Source: an uncultured delta proteobacterium (lineage in GTDB: Bacteria > Myxococcota_A > Polyangia > Polyangiales > Houyiibacteriaceae). Taken from it: 64,000 nucleotides of DNA. A model generated the notes under the pieces. That model saw only the letters and a program-made list of their open reading frames with translations. It was not told where the DNA came from and did no database searches. The stretch spans positions 21,415 to 85,414 of the forward strand of contig CAVVBB010000004.1 in NCBI GenBank assembly GCA_963746475.1, read 5' to 3'. Made by a program: the position numbers and the translations under genes. How positions within the stretch are numbered: the stretch's first letter is position 1; each line of letters opens with the position of its first letter. Below are positions 17,169-26,770 of the stretch, in pieces.

Positions 17169-18065
17169 GTGTATCCATCCGCGGATGAGATTTCGGTGGC
17201 CCTCGCCAAGCTGTTTCGGGACCAGGAGATCCTCAGGGATCTGGTGGCGACGTTCCTATTGCTCGTCGGCGTTTTCGGGGCCCGTGCCCTTGCGATGCGC
17301 TTCGTGCGGGAAAAGCTGCCGAAGCAAGACCAGCTCCAGCTCCGCCTGGCTGCCCAGGTGCGCGGCGTCTCCTACGTGCTCCTGTTTCTCGGGCTCGTCG
17401 TCATCTGGGCTGCGCAGCTCCAAGCCCTCGCACTGTCGTTCGTCGTCCTGGCCATGGCCATCGTCTGGGCCACCAAAGAAATCATCGCTTGCTTGCTGGG
17501 AGCCTTCTACCGAGTGACGGCCAACGCGTTTAGCGTTGGCGACCGCATTCAGCTTGCCGGCGTTCGTGGCGATGTGATCGATCAGGGCTTGCTGAGCACC
17601 CTCGTCTTGGAGGTCGGGGTCGGTCACCAGCGAACCGGACGCAGCATCAGCATTCCAAACAGCGCCTTGCTGATTGGCCCCGTCGTCAACGAGAGTGTCG
17701 CGGGCGAGTACATGCTTCACGTCATGACCATTCCGGTGTCGCGCGACGAGAACCTCGCCGAGCTCGAGCACCGCGCGCTCCTCGCCGCCAATGAGGCCTG
17801 CGCGGACTTCATCGAGGACGTCCGGCGGTCGATCGGCTCGCGCTATCGCCGTCACGGGCTCAATCCGCCCGGCGTCGATCCGAGAGTCACCTATCAGCTC
17901 GTCGACGAGAACAAGGTGGAGCTGCTCCTTCGGATCCCGACGCCCGTCCGTTTGGAGCGCGACGTCGAGCAGCGGGTCTTGCGCGCCATCTTTGGGCTTC
18001 CCGGAGGGCGCGACACCTTGGTGCCGCCCGCGCCCGCGCCCTCCGCAGAGTCCGCCGAGCGCTGA
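17169..18065 (+). CDS. Small-conductance mechanosensitive channel (MscS family)
   Basis: N-terminal TM helices followed by FSVGDRIQLAGVRGDVIDQGLLSTLVLE, the MscS beta-domain signature. The start (GTG) is uncertain. Confidence 0.75.
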   Translation: MYPSADEISVALAKLFRDQEILRDLVATFLLLVGVFGARALAMRFVREKLPKQDQLQLRLAAQVRGVSYVLLFLGLVVIWAAQLQALALSFVVLAMAIVWATKEIIACLLGAFYRVTANAFSVGDRIQLAGVRGDVIDQGLLSTLVLEVGVGHQRTGRSISIPNSALLIGPVVNESVAGEYMLHVMTIPVSRDENLAELEHRALLAANEACADFIEDVRRSIGSRYRRHGLNPPGVDPRVTYQLVDENKVELLLRIPTPVRLERDVEQRVLRAIFGLPGGRDTLVPPAPAPSAESAER

Positions 18066-18133
18066 GTCAGGCCGTCCCGGCCGCGTGCCCACCGCGGCTT
18101 GCGCGCAGCTCGGCGAGTCGATAGGGGTGTCGC

Positions 18134-18628
18134 ATGAGCACGACCGATTTGGAGGCGCGAATCGCGCGACTCGAAGCCATTGAAGCCATCAAGTCCCTCA
18201 AGGCCCGGTACTGGTCTTGCTGTGACGCCAAGGACGTCGAGGGCGTTCGCAACTGCTTCATGGATGGCCCGGTGGAAATCCACTACGACGGACCCGTGGG
18301 TCTCGTGCGCCATCGGGACGGGCTCTACGAAGTCTTCAAGAACGTGGCCTGCCAGGACGAGATCGTCGAGATGCACCACGGCGGGGCCGCGCAAATCGAG
18401 ATCACTGGCGCGGACAGTGCCATCGGTCGCTGGGGCCTGGTGTATCACCTGATGAATACCGAGCAGGAGACCCTGAGTGTCTGCGGCGGCTACTACGACG
18501 ACGAGTACGCGAAGATCGACGGTCGCTGGCTCATCCGAAAGGCCCGCTTCAAGGTCAACTCCGTGGTCACCTACGGTTGGAAGAACGGCCTCCGCCTGCT
18601 CTATCGTGGCGGGGCGCTTCCGCAGTAG
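18134..18628 (+). CDS. SnoaL-like / NTF2-fold protein
   Basis: 164 aa. Contains LEARIARLEAIEAIKSLKARYWSCCD... and ...GGYYDDEYAKIDGRWLIRKARF, the typical SnoaL_4 pattern. Confidence 0.7.
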   Translation: MSTTDLEARIARLEAIEAIKSLKARYWSCCDAKDVEGVRNCFMDGPVEIHYDGPVGLVRHRDGLYEVFKNVACQDEIVEMHHGGAAQIEITGADSAIGRWGLVYHLMNTEQETLSVCGGYYDDEYAKIDGRWLIRKARFKVNSVVTYGWKNGLRLLYRGGALPQ

Positions 18629-18697
18629 CGAGCTCCTTGCGCGATCTGGCTCGCGTCATTGACTTTGTTCGCGGCTGAGTGAAGGCTGCTCGCGCAA

Positions 18698-19742
18698 ATG
18701 ACGGAAGCAGCGCAACCCCTCGACGGACGTACTTGTCTCGTGACCGGGGGAGCAGGCTACCTCGGGCAACACATCGCGGAGGCGCTGCTTGCCCGCGGCT
18801 GTACGGTTCACGTTTTGGATCTCCTCCCTTGCCCCCGGCGAAGGCCGGGGCTGGTTTGGTTTCAGGGGAACCTGCTCAGTGAAGCGGACCTGGAAGCAGC
18901 CTGCGAAGGGGTCGACACGCTCTTTCACACCGCTGCCATGATCGAGCCGCTCACCTATACGCCCCGCGTTTTTGCCGAGCGCGTTCGAGAGGTGAACGTG
19001 GAGGGCACGCGCAAGCTGCTCGAAGTGGCTGCGAGGCGGGGCGTCAAACGTTTCGTGCACACGAGCAGCATCATCACCGCTTACGGTCAGGACTGCGTGG
19101 GCGGAGACGAGCGCGGGCCGTACAGCACCCGAACCGACCTATACTCGAGCACCAAGGTGGACGCGGAGCGACTGGTGCTGGCCGCGAACGACCCCGGTAC
19201 CATGCTGAGCTGCGCGATTCGACCGGGCGGCATCTATGGTCCGGGCGAACGCGCGCTGCTCGTCGGACCCTTGGTGCGCGTCATCAAAAAGGGTGTCCCC
19301 ATCATCATGTTCGGAAACGAACGATCGCTGATGGACTACTCGTACGTCGACAATCTGGTCGACGCCCAGCTGCGCGCAGCAGAACGGCTGTACGAAGGCT
19401 CGCCCGTGTGCGGCCAGGCGTACTTCATCACCGATGGCAGCCCGATGAACACTGGGGAATTCAGCCGGCAGCTCGTCGCGAACATGGGGATCGAGTCCAG
19501 GCACGATCCGGGTTCCTCTGCCGGTGGCGCGCACCTTGGCGCGCGTCTTCGAGCGAAGCTTTCAGGTCTTCGGCAAGCCCAAGCCCCCGTTCAGCCTCGT
19601 GAACGTAGACCTATGCGGTCAGGACTACTACTTCTCCATTCGCAAAGCCCAGAAGGACCTGGGTTATGGTCCCTCGGTGACCTTGGAGGAGGGCCTTCGA
19701 CGCACCGCTCGCGAGGCTCGCGAGTATTTCGACAGCCTGTAA
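18698..19742 (+). pseudogene. 3beta-hydroxysteroid dehydrogenase / NAD-dependent epimerase family gene with an apparent +1 frameshift near 19508
   Basis: The N-terminal 270 codons (VTGGAGYLGQHI Rossmann motif, YSSTK catalytic motif) are in frame 2. The conserved C-terminus (RVPLPVARTLARVFE...YFSIRKAQKDLGYGPSVTLEEGL) continues in frame 3 from 19509 to TAA 19742. Skipping one base at about 19508 restores a protein of about 347 aa. Confidence 0.65.
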
Positions 19743-19847
19743 CGACCCCAAGGGCGGTGCCTATCGACAACGCCGTCCGGGTCATGCGGCAACGAGGGTG
19801 CAAGATTTTGTTTCCAGGATTATCTTGACCCGAGGGCTGAGGCACCT

Positions 19848-21089
19848 ATGAAAGGTCGAATGCAGCTGCGGCGTCTTGCAGATGATTATCGGCGTGTGCG
19901 CGCAGCAACCGAGGCGCTTGCGCGGCCACTCACACCTGAAGATCAGTGCGCCCAGAGCATGCCGGACGCGAGCCCCGTGAAATGGCATCGTGCCCACAGC
20001 GCTTGGTTCTTCGAAACCTTCGTCTTGCGGCCAGCGGGCATCGCCGTGCATTCGCCTCCGGAGTATGCGGTGCTGTTCAATAGCTATTACAACGCAGTCG
20101 GGGAACAGTTCGACCGTCCGTCCCGCGGCATGTTGACGCGACCGTCTTGCGAAGAGGTGGCGTCCTACCGAGCACGCGTCGACGAGGCAGTGCTCGGACT
20201 GCTGCACAATGGCCTCGACGAAGGGCTCGCTGCGACCGTCGAGCTGGGGCTCCATCACGAGCAGCAGCACCAGGAGCTTCTACTTACCGACGTGAAGCAC
20301 CTCTTGTCGCGCAACCCCCTCGAGCCAGCCTATCTGACCGAGGTCGCCGAGCAGGCAGCCAGCCCGCACCGGCCTATGAGCTGGACCGCTCACGAGGGCG
20401 GGGTGGTCCATGTCGGGCGACTCGGGGAAGGATTTCGCTTCGACAATGAAGGCCCCTCTCACGACCTGCTCTTGCAGCCCTTCGAGCTGGCCAGACGTCT
20501 CGTCCTCAACTCCGAATACCTCGAGTTCATCGAGGATGACGGCTACGAGCGCCCTGAGCTCTGGCTGAGTCAGGGCTGGGAGACCCTGCAGCAGCAGCGC
20601 TGGCAGGCGCCGCTCTATTGGCGGCGCGACCCGGAAGGTTGGAGCACGTTCACCCTCTGGGGCCGCCGCCCCTTGCGCCCCGAAGAGCCGGTCTCGCACG
20701 TCAGCTATTTCGAAGCGGACGCCTACGCACGCTGGGCGGGCCTACGATTGCCCACGGAGTTCGAGTGGGAAGCTGGAACGGCCGAGCCGGAACCTGCACC
20801 GCTTTGTGCGCACGGACCGCAGGTGCATCCCAAGCAGCCCCGCGTCTACGGTGCGTGCTGGCAGTGGACGGCGTCGAGCTACGCGCCGTATCCGGGCTAC
20901 ACGCCTGCAGAAGGCGCGATCGGTGAATACAACGGCAAGTTCATGTGCGGGCAGCAGGTTCTGCGAGGCAGCAGCTGCGTGACCCCGGCCGGGCACGCGC
21001 GGCGCAGCTACCGAAACTTTTTCCCACCCCAGGCACGTTGGCAGTTCAGCGGAATCAGACTTGCAAGGGATCCCAGCAGAGGCCGATGA
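19848..21089 (+). CDS. egtB: Ergothioneine biosynthesis sulfoxide synthase EgtB (DinB_2 + FGE-sulfatase domains)
   Basis: Contains SPVKWHRAHSAWFFETF, HHEQQHQELLLTD, and a C-terminal FGE-like domain (VSYFEADAYARWAG.RLPTEFEWE, WQWTAS.Y.PYPG, RGSS..TP). Confidence 0.9.
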   Translation: MKGRMQLRRLADDYRRVRAATEALARPLTPEDQCAQSMPDASPVKWHRAHSAWFFETFVLRPAGIAVHSPPEYAVLFNSYYNAVGEQFDRPSRGMLTRPSCEEVASYRARVDEAVLGLLHNGLDEGLAATVELGLHHEQQHQELLLTDVKHLLSRNPLEPAYLTEVAEQAASPHRPMSWTAHEGGVVHVGRLGEGFRFDNEGPSHDLLLQPFELARRLVLNSEYLEFIEDDGYERPELWLSQGWETLQQQRWQAPLYWRRDPEGWSTFTLWGRRPLRPEEPVSHVSYFEADAYARWAGLRLPTEFEWEAGTAEPEPAPLCAHGPQVHPKQPRVYGACWQWTASSYAPYPGYTPAEGAIGEYNGKFMCGQQVLRGSSCVTPAGHARRSYRNFFPPQARWQFSGIRLARDPSRGR

Positions 21090-22081
21090 GCGCGTTCGAA
21101 TCACCGACCGCCACGCAGCGCGTGCAGCTAATCGACCTCCATCCCAAGCTCGGGGACTTGCTCGAGGAAGCCCAACGGGGATTGGGCCAGGAACCGAAAA
21201 CGCTCCCCTGCAAGTACTTCTACGACGCCCTGGGTGCCCGCTTGTTCGAGGCTATCACCGAGCTGCCTGAGTACTATCCGACGCGTACCGAGATTTCCAT
21301 TCTCGATCGGAGCGTCGCGGAAATGGCCGAGGTCGTCGGCCCGCATGCGACACTGATCGAGTTCGGCTCCGGCACCGGAATCAAGACCCAAAAGCTTCTC
21401 GACGCCTTGCTAGAGCCCAGTGGCTGCGTGCTCATCGACATCAGCCGAGACGCCTTGGAAAGCTCGGCCGCGCAATTGGCCGATCGCCATGACGCTCTGG
21501 ACATCGTCGCCGTGTGTGGCGACTACACCCAGAACCTGCGGCTTCCGCGGCCCCGTCGGCCGAGCGCGCGCTCGGTGGCCTTTTTTCCGGGAAGCACCAT
21601 CGGCAACTTCACGCATTTGGAGGCACGCGGGTTTCTGCGACGGATCGCCGAGCTCGTCGGTCCTACTGGAGGCCTGCTCATCGGCATCGACCGAAAGAAA
21701 GATCCAGCGATCATCGAGGCCGCCTACAACGACGCTCTTGGGGTCACAGCCGCCTTCAATCTCAACATTTTGGCGCGCTTGAACCGGCTCGGCGCGAACT
21801 TCGAGCTATCGCAGTTCTCGCACCGTGCCCCCTATGTGGCCGAGGCGGGACGCATCGAGATGCAGCTCGTGAGCGAAACCGAGCAAAGCGTCCAGCTCGG
21901 CGGCACCGACATTTATTTCGACGCGGCTGAGGTCATCGTGACCGAGCACAGCCACAAGTACGACCTGGCCGAGTTCGAAGCCCTCGCCGGCGAGGCCGGC
22001 TTCCGCATCAGCCATCACTGGAGCGACCCACGGCAATGGTTCAGCGTTTGCTTCCTCGAGCGCGAAGAAGCGCGCTCGTGA
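21086..22081 (+). CDS. egtD: L-histidine N-alpha-methyltransferase EgtD
   Basis: Contains LPCKYFYDALGARLFEAITELPEYYPTRTE, IEFGSGTGIKT and FFPGSTIGNF. The ATG overlaps the egtB stop (ATGA at 21086-21089). Confidence 0.9.
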   Translation: MSAFESPTATQRVQLIDLHPKLGDLLEEAQRGLGQEPKTLPCKYFYDALGARLFEAITELPEYYPTRTEISILDRSVAEMAEVVGPHATLIEFGSGTGIKTQKLLDALLEPSGCVLIDISRDALESSAAQLADRHDALDIVAVCGDYTQNLRLPRPRRPSARSVAFFPGSTIGNFTHLEARGFLRRIAELVGPTGGLLIGIDRKKDPAIIEAAYNDALGVTAAFNLNILARLNRLGANFELSQFSHRAPYVAEAGRIEMQLVSETEQSVQLGGTDIYFDAAEVIVTEHSHKYDLAEFEALAGEAGFRISHHWSDPRQWFSVCFLEREEARS

Positions 22082-22097
22082 GCGAAGCGCCGGTCCT

Positions 22098-22991
22098 TCA
22101 GCGCTTGCTGACCAGGTCGAACTCGTCCGAGAACACGATGCCCGCGAACTTCGCCGCGACCTTCGGCTCGGTGTAGCCCAGGTCGAAGCGATACGTGCCT
22201 TCGTCGATGGGCTCGCCGTCGGGCCCGGTGAATTTCCTGAGGTTGCGCAAGGAGAAGCTTCGAGTCTTGCCGGGCTTGATCTCCACGATCCCGGTCTTGC
22301 AGCTCTTGCCTGCGAACGGGCCGTAGCTGAGCTCCCAGTTGTCCTCCTTCCTGCGAAGGCTGGACAGCGGCGTGTTGCACTGGGTCACCAGGCGAACGCT
22401 GCGCTTCGACATGTTCTTCACTTCGACCATGACCTTGTCGGCGCGCGTCAGCTTGGACCGGCGCACGCGCACCTCGATGTCGTGCGGCTCCGTCTTGACC
22501 ACTAGGCGGCATCCCTTGCGCGGACCCCATCGATGGCGCGGCGGGCAGCTGCAGGGGACGCAGCCCTCGCACAGCTCGCCGCTCGGGCAGTCCGGGCAGC
22601 CCAGAAACTCGCCCCCCGTCGAGGTGCAGCCCTCGCTGAGGCTCTTGCCCTGCCGCAGGAGCTCCTGCGGCTCCTTGGTCAGCACGCAGGTCTGTCGGAA
22701 GCACTTGGCGAAAGGCGTCTCGCAAGTGGCCTCGCACTGCTCGATGTCCTTGTCCCCCCTGCACTCGCTGAGTTTCTGCTCGTATTCGGCGAGCTGGGCC
22801 CTGTGAACTGCCGTCCCACACTCACAGCCCGAAGACTGACAGCTCGTTTCGACGATCACGCACTCCTCGGAGGCCTGGCAGGCGCGATGATCGGGCGCGA
22901 CGGTGAGGTGACTTGGGGCCGGCTCTTCCGGCGTGCACGAGGTCAGCCCCAGGTAGGCGAGGAGTCCACACAAAACCCAGCGAAACATCAT
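22098..22991 (-). CDS. Cysteine-rich lipoprotein of unknown function
   Basis: Signal plus lipobox (LAYLGLTSC). About two dozen Cys sit in the N-terminal 170 aa (CECG, CEATCE, CPDCPSGELCEGCVPCSC), followed by a Cys-poor beta-rich C-terminal domain. I recognise no family. Confidence 0.55.
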   Translation of the reverse strand: MMFRWVLCGLLAYLGLTSCTPEEPAPSHLTVAPDHRACQASEECVIVETSCQSSGCECGTAVHRAQLAEYEQKLSECRGDKDIEQCEATCETPFAKCFRQTCVLTKEPQELLRQGKSLSEGCTSTGGEFLGCPDCPSGELCEGCVPCSCPPRHRWGPRKGCRLVVKTEPHDIEVRVRRSKLTRADKVMVEVKNMSKRSVRLVTQCNTPLSSLRRKEDNWELSYGPFAGKSCKTGIVEIKPGKTRSFSLRNLRKFTGPDGEPIDEGTYRFDLGYTEPKVAAKFAGIVFSDEFDLVSKR

Positions 22992-23214
22992 ACAATGCGT
23001 CCTATCGAAGCCGGCCCGTCGGGGCAACTTCGTGATCGCATTCCACGAGCCTCCTGCTGGCTCTGGTGAGGCGGAAAGGGGGGCGGCCCTAGCGGTTTGG
23101 CGGGGGGCACTCTATGGTTGTTCCAGGCCCAGCCGGCCCCTCGGCAAAGTCCATGTGCACTCCATCGGTCTGGGTGTCACAGGGGCTTGTGTGAAGCTTG
23201 CTGGAGAAACTTTC

Positions 23215-23901
23215 ATGGGCTCGGACGTAAGAGACGCAGTGGTCAGGGGGACCAGAGCCATGCGTGCTAGGGCTTGGGGCGTGCGCGAGCGCTTTCGCCG
23301 CCTTGGCGCGAAGATCACGGTCAAAGGGGAGGGGAACGAGCTCGACCTTGGCGAGGCGCGGCTACACCGCTGCCGTATCGAAATCGAAGGCGACCACAAC
23401 CGTCTTCGGTTTCATCCGACTTGCAAGCTCGTCAACACTTCGTTTCGCTTGCGCGGCAATAACCTCAGCGTCGAGCTCGGCGAGAGGGTGAAGATCTCTC
23501 GCTCGGCGGAGTTCCTCCTGATGGGTGACGATGCGGCGATTAGAATCGGCCACCACACCACCGTGGAGAGCGCTCGCTTCATTGCACACGGGGGGACTGA
23601 GCTCGAGATCGGTCCCGATTGCATGCTCGCCTACGACCTCGAGATGAGGACGAGCGACGAGCACACGATTCTGGACGTGACGACCGCCGAACGCACCAAC
23701 CCGGACAAGAGCGTGTACATCGGCGAGCATGTCTGGCTTGGCGCGCGCTCGGTGGTTCTAAAGGGGGTTCGCATCGGCGAGCACAGCGTCATCGCGACCG
23801 GTTCGATCGTATCGAAGGACATCGGCGCCAATGTGCTCGCCGGCGGCGCGCCCACGAGGCAGCTCAAGGCTGGCATTACCTGGGACCGGCGGCGTCTCTG
23901 A
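23215..23901 (+). CDS. Left-handed beta-helix (hexapeptide) O-acetyltransferase
   Basis: Contains IGEHVWLGARSVVLKGVRIGEHSVIATGSIVSKDIGANVLAGGAPTRQL, typical of the sugar O-acetyltransferase C-terminus. The ATG at 23215 follows GGAGA. Confidence 0.8.
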   Translation: MGSDVRDAVVRGTRAMRARAWGVRERFRRLGAKITVKGEGNELDLGEARLHRCRIEIEGDHNRLRFHPTCKLVNTSFRLRGNNLSVELGERVKISRSAEFLLMGDDAAIRIGHHTTVESARFIAHGGTELEIGPDCMLAYDLEMRTSDEHTILDVTTAERTNPDKSVYIGEHVWLGARSVVLKGVRIGEHSVIATGSIVSKDIGANVLAGGAPTRQLKAGITWDRRRL

Positions 23902-23916
23902 GCTGCGAGACCGGAC

Positions 23917-25368
23917 ATGACTGAACTGGATCAGCGAGGGGCGGTACACGGCGTTTTCTGGACGGCGCTTCAGTCCTTGGGCGTCAGGTTGTTTTCGCTC
24001 GTCGTGTTCATCGTGCTGGCTCGATTGCTCACGCCTTCGGATTTCGGTCTGGTGGCGATGGCCGGAGTCTTCATTGCGCTCGGGGAGGCATTGGTAGCGC
24101 AGGGTTTCGGGGCGGCCATCACGCAGCGCGAGGACCTCGAGCCCGCTCACGAGAGCACGGCGTTTTGGACCAACCTGTTGCTTGGCCTCGGTCTGGGCGG
24201 GCTGCTTTGGGTGGCCGCGCCTTTGATCTCAGCCCTTTACCGGCAGGAGGCCCTGACGCCGGTCCTGCGTTGGTTGAGCCCGGTCCTCGTGCTTCGCGGT
24301 GCCGTCGCGGTTCCTGTGGGCCTCTTGCAGCGACGGTTTCAGTTTCGCGCGCTTGCGATTCGGTCGATCACGGCTGCCTCGATCGGCGGCGTTGCGGGCA
24401 TCGTGGCCGCTTTTTCGGGCTGGGGTGTCTACGCGCTGGTCGTTCAACAGCTCGTAGGTGCCATCCTCGATGTGGTCGTCGTATGGAGTGCCGCGGCCTG
24501 GTGGCCACGACTCGTCTTTTCGGTTCGCCACCTGAAGGACTTGCTCGCGTACAGCTCGTACCTCCTCGGGTCGGGCTTGCTCGGCCTGGTCAGCCGTCGC
24601 GCCGACGACTTTCTCATCGGTGTGGTGCTCGGCGATGCGGCTCTTGGCATCTACGCGGTGGCGTACCGCGGTCTGCAGATTCTAGAGCAGATGTTCGCAA
24701 AAACCGGGGCAGTGGTCGCCTTTTCGGGGTTCTCGAGGCTTCAGGGGCAGCCGGAGCGCATGCGAGAGGCATTCTACCAGTCCACGCGCGCGGCCAGCGT
24801 GTTCGCCATGCCGGTGTTTGTCGGCGTCGCTGCCCTGGCACCGTCTGCCGTTCCGTTCGTTTTCGGGGACCAGTATGTGCAGAGTGGCAGGGTTCTTCAG
24901 GTGCTTGCGCTGGTCGGCATTCTCCATGGCGTGAGTTACTTCAACTACGCCGTTTACAACGGGGTCGCTCGACCCGACATCGTTCTCAAGCTGCTCGCAG
25001 TCAATACGCTCGTCAACGTCCTGCTCTTCTTCTTCGCGGCGCCTTACGGCATCATCGCGGTTTCGGTAGCCTTCGTTGCCCGGGCCTACTTGCTCTTGCC
25101 GCTCGACGTGATCGCGCTTCGTTCCACGATAGGGGTTACAGCGCGACGTTACTTCTCCAATTTTCTCCCTGCGCTGCTCGGCTGCCTGGCGATGGTTCTC
25201 GTGATCCTGGGGCTGTCTCAGCTTGATCTGGGGGAAACTAGCCGCCTCTTCGCCTCGATCGCGCTTGGCGGGGTCGCCTATTCGCTGACCCTCTGGCTAC
25301 TTGCGCCGGCTTTGCTGAGGGACCTGCTTTCGAAGCTTTCACTTCTAATTGGCCGCAGAGCGTCCTAG
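23917..25368 (+). CDS. wzx: Polysaccharide flippase (Wzx / MOP-PST family)
   Basis: 483 aa with about 12-14 TM helices. The N-terminus (GVFWTALQSLGVRLFSLVVFIVLARLLTPSDFGLVAM) is the classic PST-family motif. Confidence 0.85.
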   Translation: MTELDQRGAVHGVFWTALQSLGVRLFSLVVFIVLARLLTPSDFGLVAMAGVFIALGEALVAQGFGAAITQREDLEPAHESTAFWTNLLLGLGLGGLLWVAAPLISALYRQEALTPVLRWLSPVLVLRGAVAVPVGLLQRRFQFRALAIRSITAASIGGVAGIVAAFSGWGVYALVVQQLVGAILDVVVVWSAAAWWPRLVFSVRHLKDLLAYSSYLLGSGLLGLVSRRADDFLIGVVLGDAALGIYAVAYRGLQILEQMFAKTGAVVAFSGFSRLQGQPERMREAFYQSTRAASVFAMPVFVGVAALAPSAVPFVFGDQYVQSGRVLQVLALVGILHGVSYFNYAVYNGVARPDIVLKLLAVNTLVNVLLFFFAAPYGIIAVSVAFVARAYLLLPLDVIALRSTIGVTARRYFSNFLPALLGCLAMVLVILGLSQLDLGETSRLFASIALGGVAYSLTLWLLAPALLRDLLSKLSLLIGRRAS

Positions 25369-25378
25369 GCAGGAGACA

Positions 25379-25409
25379 GGGGGGCGGCATGACCCAAGTT
25401 CCGCCCCTT
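25379..25409 (+). terminator. Possible weak terminator hairpin after wzx
   Basis: ggggcgg (25381-25387) pairs with ccgcccc (25401-25407) around a 13-nt loop, followed by TTCTGAC. The T-tract is poor, so function is uncertain. Confidence 0.3.
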
Positions 25410-25464
25410 CTGACACCCCGCTGACACGTTGACGGAGTAGAGGCCGCGGACTATCTGCTGGGCG

Positions 25465-26700
25465 GTGACGGACACGCCGAAGCTGAGCACGAAGGCGCGG
25501 GGGATCGCCTTCTACCTTCCACAGTTCCACCCGATCCCCGAGAACGACAGTCGCTGGGGAGAAGGCTTCACCGAGTGGACCAACGTAAGGCGCGCGACGC
25601 CTCTATTCGCCGGGCACTACCAACCCCGGATTCCGACTGAGCTAGGCTACTACGACCTGCGCTCGCCGGAGACGCGTGCGGCTCAGGCCGATCTTGCGCG
25701 CAGCCACGGGATCGAAGCGTTCTGCTACTGGCATTATTGGTCCGCAGGACGCCGTCTTCTGGAACGGCCCTTCAATGCAGTCCTGAAAGATCGCGAACCA
25801 GATTTTCCCTTCTGCCTAGCCTGGGCCAACCACAGTTGGACGGCATCTTGGGTAGGGCGCCCCTGGGAAATGATCGCAGACCAGAGCTACCCGGGGCGCA
25901 CGGACTATGAGCAGCACTTCGACGCTCTTCGAGATGCCTTTGCCGATGATCGCTATGTGACCGTCGACGGAAAGCCACTTTTCGTAGTTTTCCGCCCAGA
26001 GCAACTCTACGAACCCCAGATGTTCACGGATTGCTGGCGCGAGCGGTCGCTCAAGGCAGGCTTCAAAGGGCTCCATCTCTTGGGCATCGTGAATGCCACG
26101 CAGGACGCCACGAAGCTAGGTTTCGATGGCAGTATTCCAAAGGGCATCGGGGAGCTGCTGTCGCTCTTGCCGGCCTCGACCAGACGCAAGGATGACTGGC
26201 GCCGGCGGTCTCGTGTCCTTCTCGAACGACCGCAGTTGGCATTCGTTCATCAGGCCATCGCCCGTTCGACCCGACCACGGCTTCCGGACGTTTTGCAGGG
26301 CGCACACGACAAATTGAGTGAGCGTCTCTTGTTGCCGATGACGAGCTCGTACGCGGACGTCATCGCTTCCGTCCTTCAGGAAAAGGAGCTTCCGCCCAGT
26401 CGTTACCCCTGCGTCGTGCCCAACTGGGACAACACCCCGAGGCTTGGCCGATGGGGCACAGTCCTGCACGAGTCCAGCCCAGAGCTGTTTGCTCGGCACC
26501 TGCGGCACGCCGTCAACCTGCTCGCCGACCGTTCCAGTGAAGATCGGCTTTTGTTTTTGAAGTCCTGGAACGAGTGGGCAGAAGGTAACTACCTGGAGCC
26601 GGACGAGCGCTACGGCCGCGGATACCTGGAAGCCCTAAGGGCCGAGATCACTGCGGTGCCTCACAGAGGCGAGTGCGGTGTCCGAAGTCAGAGCGCGTAG
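25465..26700 (+). CDS. WbsX-like (GH99-like) polysaccharide biosynthesis protein
   Basis: Contains IAFYLPQFHPIPENDSRWGEGFTEWTNV and ...LKSWNEWAEGNYLEPD, hallmark motifs of the Glyco_tran_WbsX family. The start is GTG. Confidence 0.8.
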   Translation: MTDTPKLSTKARGIAFYLPQFHPIPENDSRWGEGFTEWTNVRRATPLFAGHYQPRIPTELGYYDLRSPETRAAQADLARSHGIEAFCYWHYWSAGRRLLERPFNAVLKDREPDFPFCLAWANHSWTASWVGRPWEMIADQSYPGRTDYEQHFDALRDAFADDRYVTVDGKPLFVVFRPEQLYEPQMFTDCWRERSLKAGFKGLHLLGIVNATQDATKLGFDGSIPKGIGELLSLLPASTRRKDDWRRRSRVLLERPQLAFVHQAIARSTRPRLPDVLQGAHDKLSERLLLPMTSSYADVIASVLQEKELPPSRYPCVVPNWDNTPRLGRWGTVLHESSPELFARHLRHAVNLLADRSSEDRLLFLKSWNEWAEGNYLEPDERYGRGYLEALRAEITAVPHRGECGVRSQSA

Positions 26701-26770
26701 CGACTTCTCACGGCCGTCAGTCGCTTTTCGGACCAAGGCACCGCGATTCCCGTCTGCTCGTACTGCCGGC

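Noticed and set aside
19743-19828. Extension of the 18698 reading frame to 19828 (376-aa call)
   Set aside because: After about 19508 this frame encodes an Arg/Ser/Pro-rich nonsense-like tail. The conserved family C-terminus is in the +1 frame and ends at 19742. I interpret this as a frameshift rather than a real long protein.
25429-25467. TTGACG-17 nt-TATCTG promoter-like element ending 7 nt before the GTG start of the WbsX-like gene (leaderless?)
   Set aside because: The -10 element is weak because it lacks the final T. Leaderless translation from a GTG codon is unlikely. The evidence is too thin to list as a feature.
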